A DNA stretch of 64,000 nucleotides from Octopus sinensis (Eukaryota). The stretch is taken from assembly GCF_006345805.1 (NCBI RefSeq), contig NC_043000.1, forward strand, positions 97,464,001-97,528,000. Direction: 5' to 3'. A model generated the notes under the pieces. That model saw only the letters and a program-made list of their open reading frames with translations. It did not search any database and had not been told where the DNA came from. The translations under genes and the position numbers were made by a program. Of the stretch, positions 50,601 through 64,000 are shown one piece after another; position 1 is the stretch's first letter; each line of letters begins with the position of its first letter.

Positions 50601-53600
50601 GTTTCTTTATTAGCCACACAGGGCTGCACACAGATAGAACAAATTACAAGGTAGCGCTTTTCTTTTGAAGGTTTAAAAAAAAAAAAGGAAGGGGGAGTTT
50701 CGATCAAAAGGGATCGTAAAAGGAGAGAAAGAGGACAAAAAAAGGGGGTTAAAAAAAAGGGGGAGAGGAAAAAAAAATTGATCAATAGGGATCGTTATCA
50801 CAGAAATGTCAATATGAAGTGTAAAGGGGAGGACAGGCGAGGTTTACCCGTGGAAAGAAAAGCCTACGGAAAAGACCACGGTAACCTCGGTCAATGGAGT
50901 CACATGTTATATTTCTTTTTTTTTTTTGCAAATAAGCAACTCTCTGTTTTCAATTTCTGGGTTCATAGGATCATGCTCAAGGTGGCTTCGTCATTCATAC
51001 GTGCCATTCTTGCTACATTCACCCATCTTTTTTTAAAACATTCGCTAGACAAAACTTGCCTCTCTACTCTCACTTTCCTTTTCAAGTGGTACTTGAAGAA
51101 GTTGATGAGAGATTGACCAGAGAGGAAAGTGTTTGTCTCCAATCCTTTCAGACGCGTCCACCAGATACAATCTTTCGCCATAGCCACAAGGATGATGAAA
51201 ATAGCTCTTCCTTCCCGTTTGAAGGAAGGAGGCGTGACGATATTAACAATAGACTCGGCTGATAAACCGACACGTCCCACACGTGACAGCAGTCGTTCGA
51301 CATAAGCCCACAGGTGGGAAATTGCTGGACACTGCACGATTGCGTGCAGAGCGGTTTCGTCGCTCTGCCCGCATCTCGGGCAGGTCGGCCCCGTGTTTCT
51401 CGAGCCATGCCTATAGAGCTTATCCCGAACGGGTAGCGCTTCTCGGTAGCACTGCCAGGCCAGGGATCTCTGGAAGTTGTCCATAGGCCCTGGCCCGAAA
51501 GTCGTCCTGAACAGGCGGGTCAGGTGCTCCTCGTCGACGTCCAGGTTCGCCCCGAGCTCGTCGTCGTACCTCCCCTCCACTAAACCCCTATAGAATGCTT
51601 TGGTTGTGTTGAAGTCACTCAAGGTCGACCCAGGACGGCAGAGTTGCTTGAGAGCAACGCGACACTCGCGGTGCCATTCGCCCTTCTTCGGCCTCTTTTT
51701 GATCCACGACTGCAGTTCGGTCATGGAGACGAGCTGCGGGAAAGCGTGCCTCACAAACGGCGACCACACCTGTTCACCGTCGTCTACATAGAGCCAGAGA
51801 TGTCGCAGTCTCAGCGCGTGTCTGCGCATCATCAACCACGGCATGCCCAGCCCTCCTTTTAACGGGTGTTGACAGCAAATGGATCGCCTGACCATCGGGA
51901 CGCATCCTTTCCACAAGAAGCGAAAGAGAATGCGTTGTAGTTTGGTGATGGTAGGGTCGGGACAAGGTACGACGGTCAGGCGGTAGTAGATGACGGACGC
52001 GATGTACGTGTTCGCCACCTCCGCCCGACCTTTTAGGGACAGTTTCCTCTCGGCCCATTGCCAGGCGAGAGTGACCACCCTACTCGTTATCTCGTTCCAG
52101 TTCTTCTCCACTTGGAGGTCCGGACCAAACCAGACCCCGAGCAACTCAACCGGGCCGTCGGTCCAGCGTCCCACGACGGAGGCGCTGGTGGACGGCATGG
52201 GCTTGCTTCTCCAGGTGCCTAGTCGCAAGCCCACTGACTTTTCCCGGTTGATTTTTCGCTCCTGTCACCGCTTCGTAGTTTTTCAGTGTCTCGCCGACCT
52301 GCTCGATGTGCTCGTGGCTAGACACTATGACGGTGACGTCGTCCGCGTATGCAGACACGCTCGTCCCGCATCCCAGTTCTCGCGGGATGCCTCTCAAGGT
52401 TGCCAGCTTCCGCAATAATGGCTCGAGAGTCAATACGTATAGAAGCGACGAGAGGGGGCATCCCTGACGGACCGAACGTGCGATGTCGAAGGGTCTCGAT
52501 AGATGTCCATTCACGCGAATTACCGAACGGATGCCTCTGTACAGAGCGGCTATCCAGCCGCGGAAGACGGGACCGAAGCCAGCCGCTCCGAGGACCGCCT
52601 CCAAGTATCGATGGTCCACCCTATCGAAAGCTTTCGATTGATCCAAATTGATCAGCGCCCCACCCATGCCAGGTTCGTTAACTACCCTGTCTATGATGTA
52701 GCGCATCAGGTGGAGGTTGTCATGGATGGTCCGGCCTGGCACGGCGCATGTTTGCGCCCTGTCGACCAGTTTCTCGATGACAAGCGCCAACCTCTTGGCT
52801 AGCACCTTGGCCAAAATTTTCAAGTCTGCATTAAGCAGAGTGATGGGCCTAAAGTTATCTATTACATTTCCCTTGTTTAGATCTTCTTCAACAGTGTTAC
52901 GGCTCCTCGGCTCACAAAACCAGGAATGCTCCCGTTTTGCTGCCAGTTGCAGTACACCGCCGCCAAGAGATCTCCAAACAAGTCTGGCATACAATTGTAA
53001 AGCTCGTAGGGTAGACCATCCAACCCGGTGATTGTCCCTCGAGCATTCTGCCATCGCTTCCTGCACTTCCGCCGCCGTGATGGCACCTTCGCAGCACCCT
53101 GCCTTTCTTGTCGAGAGTCGTGGTAGGCTATGTAGGTAGGCACTGAAGTCCACCCTACGTTCTTGCCCTCCACTCGTTCCGAACAGTCGGACAAAATGCT
53201 GCTGAAAGGCCTCACACATTTTACTTGGCTCGAGCAATTCGCGCCCCTGTTCATCTACCAGGGACCGAATGGTGGCTTTGTTGCCCTGTTGCGCCTCTGC
53301 CACCCGGGCCTCTCTCGCGGCTCCAACACCTTCGTTCCTTAGAGCACGCATCCTAGCTCTGACAGTACATCCTTCGTGTTTGGCGTTGAAGTGTTGGTCG
53401 AGGGCCAACCTCGCCGCCAAAACGTCGGATGCGATGCCGCTTCTAATTGCCTCTTCTAGCTTCTTAACTAGCTCACCCTCTACTCAATTTCTATCTATGG
53501 CTAGTGCTTTGCTGTACCTAATCGCTTCTGCTTTTACTGCTCTCTTGAGGGCAAACCACCATTTGTTGTTGATGATGGCTCCCGTCAAAGCCCTCTTTAC

Positions 53601-54146
53601 TAGTGTGCTAATCCGGTCTCTGAAAACCTGTCTCGATGGGAAAGACGCGTTTAGTTTCCAGTATCCGGGACCCTGCCTAAGTGTCTTACCTAAGTCTAGC
53701 GTACATGTCACAAGTTTGTGATCCGTGTAGCTGACTATGTGGAATTGTGGACATCCTATGCTATCTCTGTCTACTGTCCTACACAGTATCCTATCTAGAT
53801 ACGATCTCGACGACCCGATGCGGTTGCTCCATGTCCACGTTGGCGCATTGGGGTGGTCTAGTCGGAACCTGTCAGACAGTTGAAAGCGTCTGAGCAGGTC
53901 TCTGAGGCATTTGCATCCCCGTCTATTCCTATCTCTACCCACGTAGTCTACATGCGTGTCCAAGGTAGCATTCCAATCCCCCACTAAGAGTAAAGGACGA
54001 GACGTTCCCAAGAATACTTCTAGACGTTGAAAGAAATCCGCCCGACCTGTTAAGGGCGGTGCGTAGACTGATACGAGTCGAAAAGCGCACCCATTGCTGC
54101 CGTCGACATCCAGGACGACCAGTCTACCCTCTGGGTCTACGAATAT

Positions 54147-54147
<1 letters not shown>
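50601..54147 (-). mobile_element. Young 5'-truncated Tx1/L1-clade LINE: ORF2 (EN, RT, zf-RVT) and 3' UTR
   Basis: VSVYAP, GDWN, YLDRIL, TDHK, WKLN; FRPITLLNADLKILAK, DQSKAFDRVDH, VRQGCPLS, YADDV; CPRCGQSDETALHAIVQC; AATAAA at 50606-50611; one in-frame TGA (53484-53486) and frameshifts near 53035, 52890 and 52255. Confidence 0.95.
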
Positions 54148-54238
<91 letters not shown>

Positions 54239-54254
54239 AAGCAGACAGACAGAA

Positions 54255-54289
<35 letters not shown>

Positions 54290-54304
54290 TAGACAGACAG
54301 ACAT

Positions 54305-54387
<83 letters not shown>

Positions 54388-54404
54388 CAGATAGACAGAC
54401 GGAC

Positions 54405-54464
<60 letters not shown>

Positions 54465-54505
54465 GGATGGATGGATGGATGGATGGATGGATGGATGGAT
54501 GGATG

Positions 54506-54600
<95 letters not shown>
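54148..54600. repeat. (TAGA)n with CAGA and TGGA blocks flanking the Tx1-like 5' end
   Basis: Seen directly. Confidence 0.95.
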
Positions 54601-54601
<1 letters not shown>

Positions 54602-54970
54602 CGTATTTTGACGAGTCAATCAAATGAGGGAGGATCTGCAGGAACTGATGAAGTCTGTTTACTTCAAGCTCTCTTTGAACATGCTTGGAGAAACTTGTAG
54701 GCATGGTTCTGCTGTTCTAGAAAGGCACGTTTGAGGAAAATGTTTACAGAATCCGCGACCTGAAACACATATGTAGGGGGGATGCGTTTGTGACATGAGC
54801 AAGTTAGACAACTAACCGGATACTATGCATTAAATATCCGAGTTTATCTTTGTGTGTATGTGTGTGTGTGTGTGTGTGACTGTGTGTGTGTCTGTATGTC
54901 TGTGTGTACACAGGTTCGTATGTATTGTATGTGTAGGTTTGTAGGGAGGTGTAGATGGTATGTGCGTAAG

Positions 54971-55825
54971 TACGAAAAGGTATCCAAAAGTAACCGGAAA
55001 CGTTCTCCGTGGGGCAAGTCCGTTGTAGTTGATGCGACCCTCAGGCATCAGTCTGCCTACCGGCGTCATACTGGGAAATCGTACTTCCACATGGTGCGAC
55101 TTTGTTTTGCAGTGCTTCTCCCCTGTTCGTCGATTTTTGCGATGGCTGAAACTATGGAACAGCATACTTCCGTGAAATTCTGTTTTCTGCTGGGGGAAAC
55201 AGCGGCCGAAACAGTTGTTATGCTTCAAGGACGCTGCCATGATCAAAATACAAGTTTACAAGTAGTTTCCACACTTTAGGGATGGTCACTTGTCGTTTGA
55301 AAACCAGCATCGTTCAGGATGACCGTCGACCTCCCGAACGAATGAAAATACCACGAAAATTCGTGAACTGATCTTGGAGGACCGTCACCGAAAATTTGCC
55401 GAACTTGATATGATTGGTGTGTCTTGAAGCTACTGCCAACGGATCTTGAGCGAAGAATTACAAATGAAATGAGTTGCAGCAAAATGTGTACCTCGCTTGC
55501 TCACGGAAGATCAAAAACAGCCATGACTGAATGCGTGTCGTGAACTGAAAGAACAGTTGGAAGCTGATCCGGACCTTTATTCGAAGGTCATCACTGGAGA
55601 CGAAAGGTGGTGCTACGGAGTTTGCAGATGTGGAAGAAGTGAAGAAAAAAACGACGGTGGTGTTAAAAAGCATCACGCTTCGCAAGAGTTTCAGTATTGC
55701 TTCGAACAGTGGAAGACATGTCTGGACCGATGCATTGCTTCAAATGAAGAATACTTTGAAGGCGACAAAAGTGTAAACATATAAAATAATGCAAAATTCC
55801 GGCTTCTTTTGGGTACTCCCTCATA
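54971..55825 (+). mobile_element. Internally deleted mariner (irritans-like)
   Basis: TIRs TA-cgaaaaggtatccaaaagtaaccggaa / ttccggcttcttttgggtactccctca-TA; MEQHTSVKFCFLLGETAAET; KVITGDERWCYG fused to FEQWK..LDRCIASNEEYFEGDK. Confidence 0.9.
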
Positions 55826-56152
55826 TGTAGGCGTGTAGGCCGAATACTTAAGATTATTACACAACCAAGAGGTCTCAGATTCGATCCTACTGCAAGACAT
55901 CCTGGGAAAGTATCTTCTGTCATGGTCTCAAATTGATCCGAGCACTAAGAGCGCACTAATTTGGAATACATTTATATAAGTAGATAATTTACTTGATCGA
56001 ACAACTGAAATACTTATCACCGAAATCGACGGAGAACCTATTTACTTCAATACGCGCACACATATTTACATACACACATTCAGATGTTTTCAGCTTTAAT
56101 AAAATATGTTATTCTAGCTTCAGCAGTCGAGTTTTGCATTTATGTGCTTACT

Positions 56153-56207
<55 letters not shown>

Positions 56208-57252
56208 TATATTATATATATATATATATATTGAACAGTGGATCTCGAAGCAGGTAAAGCTATAAATAATAGCATGCAAAACTCTTTCATAAGAAATAAA
56301 GACAAGGGGTCGAAGAACCCGATTTCTATTAAAACCCTAGGGGGACCAACTTCACTACGACGACTATTATTCTTACTGCTGCTAGTTATTCGACTGCTAC
56401 AGCCACTCCTAAAAGAACAAGTCTTGACCACACTATTTAATTTACAAAAACAGATAGTAGTAACTTGCAGTCACAGTCAGTTCAACTTGTCATGCCCCCT
56501 GAACAAACGGATATTACCACATGCTCTTACAAGGAAAAGGGAAATAAACTATGAATGTTAATTATAATTTTAATTTTAATTTAATTTTATTAATAGCTCT
56601 TTTCTCTCTACATATTTCATTTTAGTATATATTTTTGATAAGGTTTTTCAAAAACCGAAACAAGTAAATGCATTCATATAAAAGGAAAATTAAAATGTAC
56701 CCAATTTTAAGGAAGTAGCATTTTCGTTCTTGTTTTTCATAAATATCTACTTACTTGTGTGTTACCTCTACACATTTATACATACATATATATTTATATA
56801 TATATATAACAGCCCTTCTTATCTTGTTTTTCCTTGTCCTGTCTTTTACTGCTTATATTTTGTACTGTCGTTACTGTCCTGTTTTTGTTACCATTTTTAC
56901 CCCTCTGCGAAAAGATCTCAAATTTTAATTGATTTGCTTTTCGCAGGAAGGAAAGTTTCTTATCGAAGATACGTCTCGCCTTCACCTTCGAAACGTAGAG
57001 TAGATGAAACCATGGCGACTGAAGAAGGGTTTTTTTTCTTTGTGTTAATTGTCCTGTACTCTATTTTTTTGTTGTTTAAAAAAATGTCCAGTTCCTTGGG
57101 TTTGTGTCTATGTTTTCGTTTCTCATTGTGTTCGACGTTTTTTTGGTGTCCTGTACTCATATGTGCTTGTATATATACATGTAGAGGTAGGTACGTAAAT
57201 ATATGTATATATATATATATATGCATATGTTTTATTTATTAATATATATATA

Positions 57253-58427
<1,175 letters not shown>

Positions 58428-59204
58428 TATACGTATACACACATATATACACACATATATATATGTGCGTGTACGTGTGTATGTGTGTATGTGTATGTAA
58501 GTACACACACACACATACAAGCACACATGCATATTGAGAGAGAGGTGAAGTGAAGGAGAAAGAGAAATAGGACGATAATATTGACTTATTGATTTCTTTT
58601 TAATGGAAGAATTAAGGATGTTTCTCTAAGAAACCGTTAGAACAAAAAATTGATCATGGAAGAGAAAAGCGAGAAAGTGGAATTAAAAATCAACAGCAGA
58701 TTTAATGATAGCGTGGATTGAGAAAGAAGGTGGATGTAGGAACAGCCATAAACAGAGAGGGGTTAATATAATGTTGAGAACCGTAATGCAAGTTGGTAGG
58801 TGGCGTAAGATGCACCCGGAAATGAGATAACTTCACACGGTGCGTAAATATTTGGACTTTGAAGGCCTTTCAGTAGAGTTAATTCTATTCAAATAAAAAA
58901 AATCAACCGATCGTTTTACGGGGTTCTGTTTTAATGTTATAATTTTGTTTGTCTTTGACAGTATATATAAAGAATCGCTAAAGGATTGATGGCAGTACAA
59001 CACTCTTAACATTACTTCAACAACCAATCCTATTCAGCATATCTAACTACACCCAAATGATGGGTGCCATATTCTTTTCAATTTGTGTGATGTATAGATA
59101 TGCGTGAGCGTTTGTGTAGGTGTCAATGTGGGTGTACTATGTGTGGTAGGGCACACTTTGGGTGTACAGTATATAATAGTTTAAAAAGTAGGGGGTTTTC
59201 ACAT

Positions 59205-59360
59205 AGAGGCATGTATGGTTGAGTGGTTTGCAACCATGTAGTTTCGGGTTCATTCCCCTGCACGGCATCTTGAGCAAGTGTCTTCAACTGCAGTCCCAAA
59301 CAGACCTATGTCTTGTGAGTGAATTTGGGAGATGGAAACTATGGGAATTGTGTGTGGAAA
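59205..59360 (+). mobile_element. SINE family A-like head (diverged)
   Basis: gggttcattcccctgcacggcatcttgagcaagtgtcttc. Confidence 0.65.
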
Positions 59361-59381
59361 CCCATGATATATCTATATCTA

Positions 59382-59414
<33 letters not shown>

Positions 59415-59416
<2 letters not shown>

Positions 59417-59600
59417 GAAGGTTTACGAACATAAACAAAAGACGAAGGCAGATGGAGTACAAACAAACAATGTATTAGTATGACGCTCAGGAATAGAAAT
59501 AAAACAAGTCTTTTACGTTTCGAGCCTACGCTCTTCGACAGAAAGATACACAGAAAAGAAACAAGGAGAGAAAAAAATTGCGTGTAGGGGCTAACGATCC
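59415..59600 (-). mobile_element. Penelope-like terminal repeat related to the 19902 family
   Basis: Shares gagc..gctcgaaacg and ttcctgagcgtc; abuts (TA)n. Confidence 0.65.
59509..59546 (-). ncRNA. Minimal hammerhead fold with A6U core variant
   Basis: UCUUU CUGUCGA A GAGC-GUAG-GCUC GAAACGUA AAAGA. Confidence 0.55.
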
Positions 59601-59604
59601 AATC

Positions 59605-59830
59605 ATCATCATCATTTAACGTCCGTTTTCCATGCTAGCATGGGTTGGACGGTTCGACTGGGGTCTGGGAAGCCAGGAGGCTGCACCAAGTTCCAGTCTG
59701 ATCTGGCAGTGTTTCTACAGCTTGATGCCCTTCCTAACGCCAACCACTCCGTTAGTGTAGTGGATGCTTTTTACGTGCCACCGGCACAGGTGCCAGGGGA
59801 GGTTGGCAACGGCCACGATCAGTTGGTGGT
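59605..59830 (-). mobile_element. Retroposon 3' end with (ATG)n tail (RTE-type LINE or its partner SINE)
   Basis: catcatcatcatttaacgtccgttttccatgctagcatgggttggacg. Confidence 0.55.
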
Positions 59831-59869
59831 TTTTATATATATATATATAAAGTGTGATATGTATCTATA

Positions 59870-60100
59870 TGTATAAGTGTGTATGTTTTTGCTTTTGTGT
59901 TTCTTCCTTCTACCGTTTGACAATTGTTTCTTTTTTTAGGTCCCCGTAATTTAGTGGTTCGGCAAAAGCGAATGATAAAATAAGTTCCAGACTTTAGAAA
60001 GAAGTACTTGAGTCGATTTGTTCGACTAAACTCTTCAAAGTGGAGTCTCAGCATGGCAACAGGTCAGTGACTGAAATAAATAAAAATTAAAAGATAAAAG
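59870..60100 (+). mobile_element. SINE family A 3' part (diverged)
   Basis: ccccgtaatttagtggttcggcaaaag..gataaaataagt..cagcatggc..gactgaaa. Confidence 0.7.
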
Positions 60101-61140
60101 AAAATGCCTGTATACTATATCAAGCAAAGAATAAAACGCTCAGTCTGCGAATCAACACGTGAGCTCCTACGTAGATATTCGACCTGCGAGAAATATCACC
60201 CAAATCGAGCTCAAATCACACGCTATGCATTAGAAAATGTAGCACTAGATACACTGTCTCTGAAAACTGAATAGAATGGTCACGGATAGAACGTCTTTGG
60301 ACATAGGTCTACTCCATTAGCGCTGACCTGGCGCTAAGCTACAACAAGATCTTCATATCTATATAGAACGCAATAAATAGTGTATTTATTCTAATTTCCC
60401 TAGAGTTTAGTGTCGGTATTTTTACGTCAACGAAAAAGTGAATAAAAAGTAAACGACATTTAAAGTGAGAACCAGTTTGTAATGTTTTTGAAAGAAATAT
60501 AAAATTCTTTCCCACTGTAAACTCGCTTATAATGGATTATACCTCGAGCAATTTTAATCTTTTGTCAACAAGACCGAGAACAAAGAGAACTTTTTCTTTT
60601 TCGTTCTTTCTATTTCCAAAATTAGTGATTCATATCACTGCCATGATAACAGCGTGAGTGTAAAATACAGGCTAGAGAGAAAAAAAATGAAAATATAAAG
60701 AAGAAAATTAAATTACAGTACAAACTGTAAGTTAATAATGTCCACCTTGACTTACTAATGAAATAATGATTTCTTAATTAGACATTAAGCCTTGGGCAAA
60801 CAGACTTAAATGTCATATCTAGGTACACAAAGCGATGCCTGCAGCGTGATACCCTAATTGAGTAATGTGTCTTAGACATTCATTTAAATGTCAAACCAAA
60901 GCTGGAGAATTTAAAAACAAAAATGTAGCTAAGAAATTAGATATTTTGTAGTTAAAAGAAATGTATTAGTGTGATGTTACATATGGTTTTATACGATGCC
61001 GATATTCGTAGCTAAAATGTCTGCGGTTTATATTTTCCCACCAGTGCAACCTCTGTCTGCCTCCATAACTAAATAGTTGGCCAATGTTCTTTCTAAGGTC
61101 TATCTAGCCAAATTTGTACCATGATTAGTTAGTTATATAT

Positions 61141-61368
61141 TTCTTTACTACCCACAAGGGGCTTAACACAGAGGGGACAAACAAGAACAGACAAACGGAT
61201 TAAGTCGTTTACATCGACCCAAATGCGTAACTGGTACTTAATTTATCGACCCCGAAAGGATGAAAGGCAAAGTCGACCTCGGCGGAATTTGAACTCAGAA
61301 CGTAACGGCAGACGAAATACGGCTACCCATTTCGCCCGGCATGCTAATGTTTCTGCCAGCTCGCCGCC
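61141..61368 (-). mobile_element. SINE family B, full length
   Basis: Close match to the family consensus; degraded copies also at ~62990-63105 and ~63190-63330. Confidence 0.9.
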
Positions 61369-62519
61369 CTGTGATTAGTTAGTTATAGCTTACCGCTGTA
61401 AATAGTGGGGTCACTACTTAACTAGTGTTTGTCTAATTAGTTTGTTGTACTGATTAGCAGCTGCCTAAATCGATCAAGGAAAGGTAATGGTGAACCATAT
61501 TAGTATTCTCTGCAAGTGAAATCAGTAATTTTACCACATGCTTAATATTTCATACCATCAACGGTAAAAAATAATAACGATAGCAACTAAAGACGGTGCA
61601 CATGGTTGAAAAAAGAAAGCTGGATACTTTAAACGCACTGGTAAAACAAAGCGGGGTTTCAAATTCCAAATACTTTTGGAGTTCAGTTTGAAAATTTGAT
61701 AGAATGAATACTAGTGGTGCTCAAATGTCAATCAAAATAACTATTGATATTACCACGATACAAAAACAGCTTCTTTTGGCTTGTAAAATATAGGCTGTGT
61801 TTACACGAGCTGAAAAGCAACCTCTTATATATCGATAATGGAGTCAATATTGTTCAATAAACAATTTGAGAGAAAAATAGCTCTTGAATCGGCCGGCAAG
61901 CGTTACATTATTTTGAGACAGCGAGACAAAGAATTGAGGAAATTCTACGTTGTTTCAGTTTCTCAGCCTGCAAGGATTGGCTTCCAAGTGTTCCTCAAGA
62001 AAATTATCTGCTATATACAAATAGATGTTTCGTGCCTTACTGACGAAATGCCATAGTAACGAGGTCTTTGAACTTCGTAGTTTATCAAAACAGTGGTTTT
62101 TAACCTGTAATTGGGTTCTTTTGCTTATGCTTTTTGTTTATTTGCAAAACCTGTTGAAGTTTGCTTTCCAAACGTCTAAAAATGTAAAATATATACCAAT
62201 AGTATACTAGTGTCAATTTGTTAATTGTACGTCATAATATCTCCCCTACAAAAATAAAGGAATTCCTGTACCAATTATAAATAGTGACTATGTTTTATTT
62301 CTATATCAACCAATAAATTATTTCATGTACATGAGTTATGTGGAAGTTGTTATGGTTACGGTTTAGTGTTGTTATTGTTGTTTAACCCCAGGTCATTTCT
62401 GATCCAGCAGATACACATCTTTTTCAGACATAATGTATCTAAGACTATGCTTGACAATGAGACACGAAGGCACACACACACACACCCACACATACTATAT
62501 ATATATATATATGTTTATA

Positions 62520-62680
62520 TACGACTGGCTTCTTTCAGTTTCCGTCTACCAAATCTAATCACAAGGCTTTGGTCAACCCGAATCTGTAGCAGAAGACACT
62601 TGCCCAAGGTGCCACGCAGTGGGACTGAACCTGGAACCGTGTGGTTGGGAAGCAAGCTTCTTACCATGCAACTACGCCTG
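62520..62680 (-). mobile_element. SINE family A head
   Basis: cttctttcagtttccgtctacc..gaagacacttgcccaaggtgccacgcagtgggactgaacc. Confidence 0.9.
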
Positions 62681-64000
62681 ATATGATAAAGAGTGTATAT
62701 AAACAGTCCTACTATTCAGAAAGGATACTTATATAAACATAGTTTAAAGATGTTATTTCAAGATCTTCTTCATCATAAACAGACAAATCGGTATTAAAAA
62801 AATAATTAGATATAACCAGAAAACCAGAAAATTCATGATAAACAGGTATAAATCAAAGAGAAGAAATAAAGTATGCAATTCAAACAAAATAGATATATGT
62901 AAATAAGATAAAAAAATTTAGAGTGAAAGTCCTGCAAACAACTAAATAATTAGAATAAACAGAAGAGTTGTCCTGGTAATTAATAATGCTTTCTACTACA
63001 CGCAGAAGGCCTGAAGTTTTGGCGGAGGAGGCTAGTCAACCCAAGAATTCAACTGGTACTTATTTTATCGTCCCCGAAAGGATAAACGGCAAAGCTGACC
63101 TCGCTGGGTTTGGGATTCCTGGTGAGTGATAATGATGTCTAAGCACACGAGTCTACAAAGAGCGCAAATCAAATGTGTGGAAGGATCTGCATTTGATTGG
63201 TATGTTATTCTATCGACACCAGAAAGATGAAAGACTAAGTGACCCTCGGTAGCGTTAAAATTTACAACGCAAGGGGACGTAACTATATACTACATCACCT
63301 TTTGTCCGATTCTGTCAATCCACCGCCGTCCTGGTAATCAATGGTAGTTTCAGTGTGGTTTGTTAGAGATTTATTAAGTGTACTGTAAATGTTTAAATCC
63401 ATAAGATAGAAAATAAAATACATTATCCTAATACTTTGCCAATATATTCAAAGTATTGAACACATAGAAAGGGAAACCTTTTGTAAATAATTGCACTGCT
63501 ATATAAGATTAAAGCTAATACTTGGAAGAACTGAATACAATAGCAAAAAAAAAATTAAACAGTTAGTTGCCGTGGCAATTAATAATAGTTTCAGTAAAAT
63601 ATATTCAGGATTGAGTGAACTGAAAAATGTGCATTGAAAAGTAATGGAAATGGTAGTAGAATTCAGAATACAGCAGAAATGTCGTCAATACATACAACCA
63701 TTGTCATATAGTCAGTCAAGGAAGGGAGAAAGGAAGGAAGGAGGAATGAGATATCTAATTTTTTTTTTTTAATGTTAAATAATAACTATAGTTGATCTAA
63801 AGACAGTAATCTTACTGAAAATCGAAGATGCTATAAACAGGTTCGGAAATGTAGAGAGGGAAAAAAAACAATACGAACAGTGAGATAGAAACGATCTGAT
63901 AAAAGTGAGTGGGGATGTCGAAACGCATCGGAACAAAAGAGATAAATACAGCATAGATATAGGTGGGCGTGAGATAACTATAATAATTCATAATAGAAAC

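Noticed and set aside
54645-54670. CTGATGA followed by a hairpin (possible hammerhead)
   Set aside because: No GAAA after the stem and no stem I or III
54146-54704. Apparent N-terminal extension of the Tx1 endonuclease ORF
   Set aside because: It is stop-free (TCTA)n; the sequence beyond 54600 has no endonuclease motifs
56955-57040. TTATCGAAG...CTTCGAAACGTA and a nearby CTGAAGA
   Set aside because: The core is too degenerate or in the wrong order to form a hammerhead; possibly a decayed Penelope terminus

Overview
AT-rich eukaryotic non-coding DNA packed with microsatellites and transposon relics. The SINE families and TA/TACA/TAGA/TAA repeats look like an octopus-type cephalopod genome; this is recalled from memory, not searched. 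No complete host gene is visible, and most long ORFs in the track are microsatellite translations. Supported content: tRNA-derived SINEs of three families, fragments of RTE, CR1 and restriction-like-endonuclease (R4/Dong-like) LINEs, a young 5'-truncated Tx1/L1-clade ORF2, mariner/Tc1 relics, a MITE, one or two non-autonomous Helitrons, and a Ty3/Gypsy-like LTR relic. Main observations: (1) minimal hammerhead-ribozyme folds in three different Penelope-like terminal repeat families, including one with the C3:G8 core pair swapped to G3:C8; (2) a PEX26-like coding fragment inside the LTR relic; (3) different LINE families each sitting in their own microsatellite (TAGA, TAA, TACA); (4) a circularly permuted CR1 fragment. 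All protein assignments are by eye from remembered motifs, and coordinates of degraded elements are approximate.
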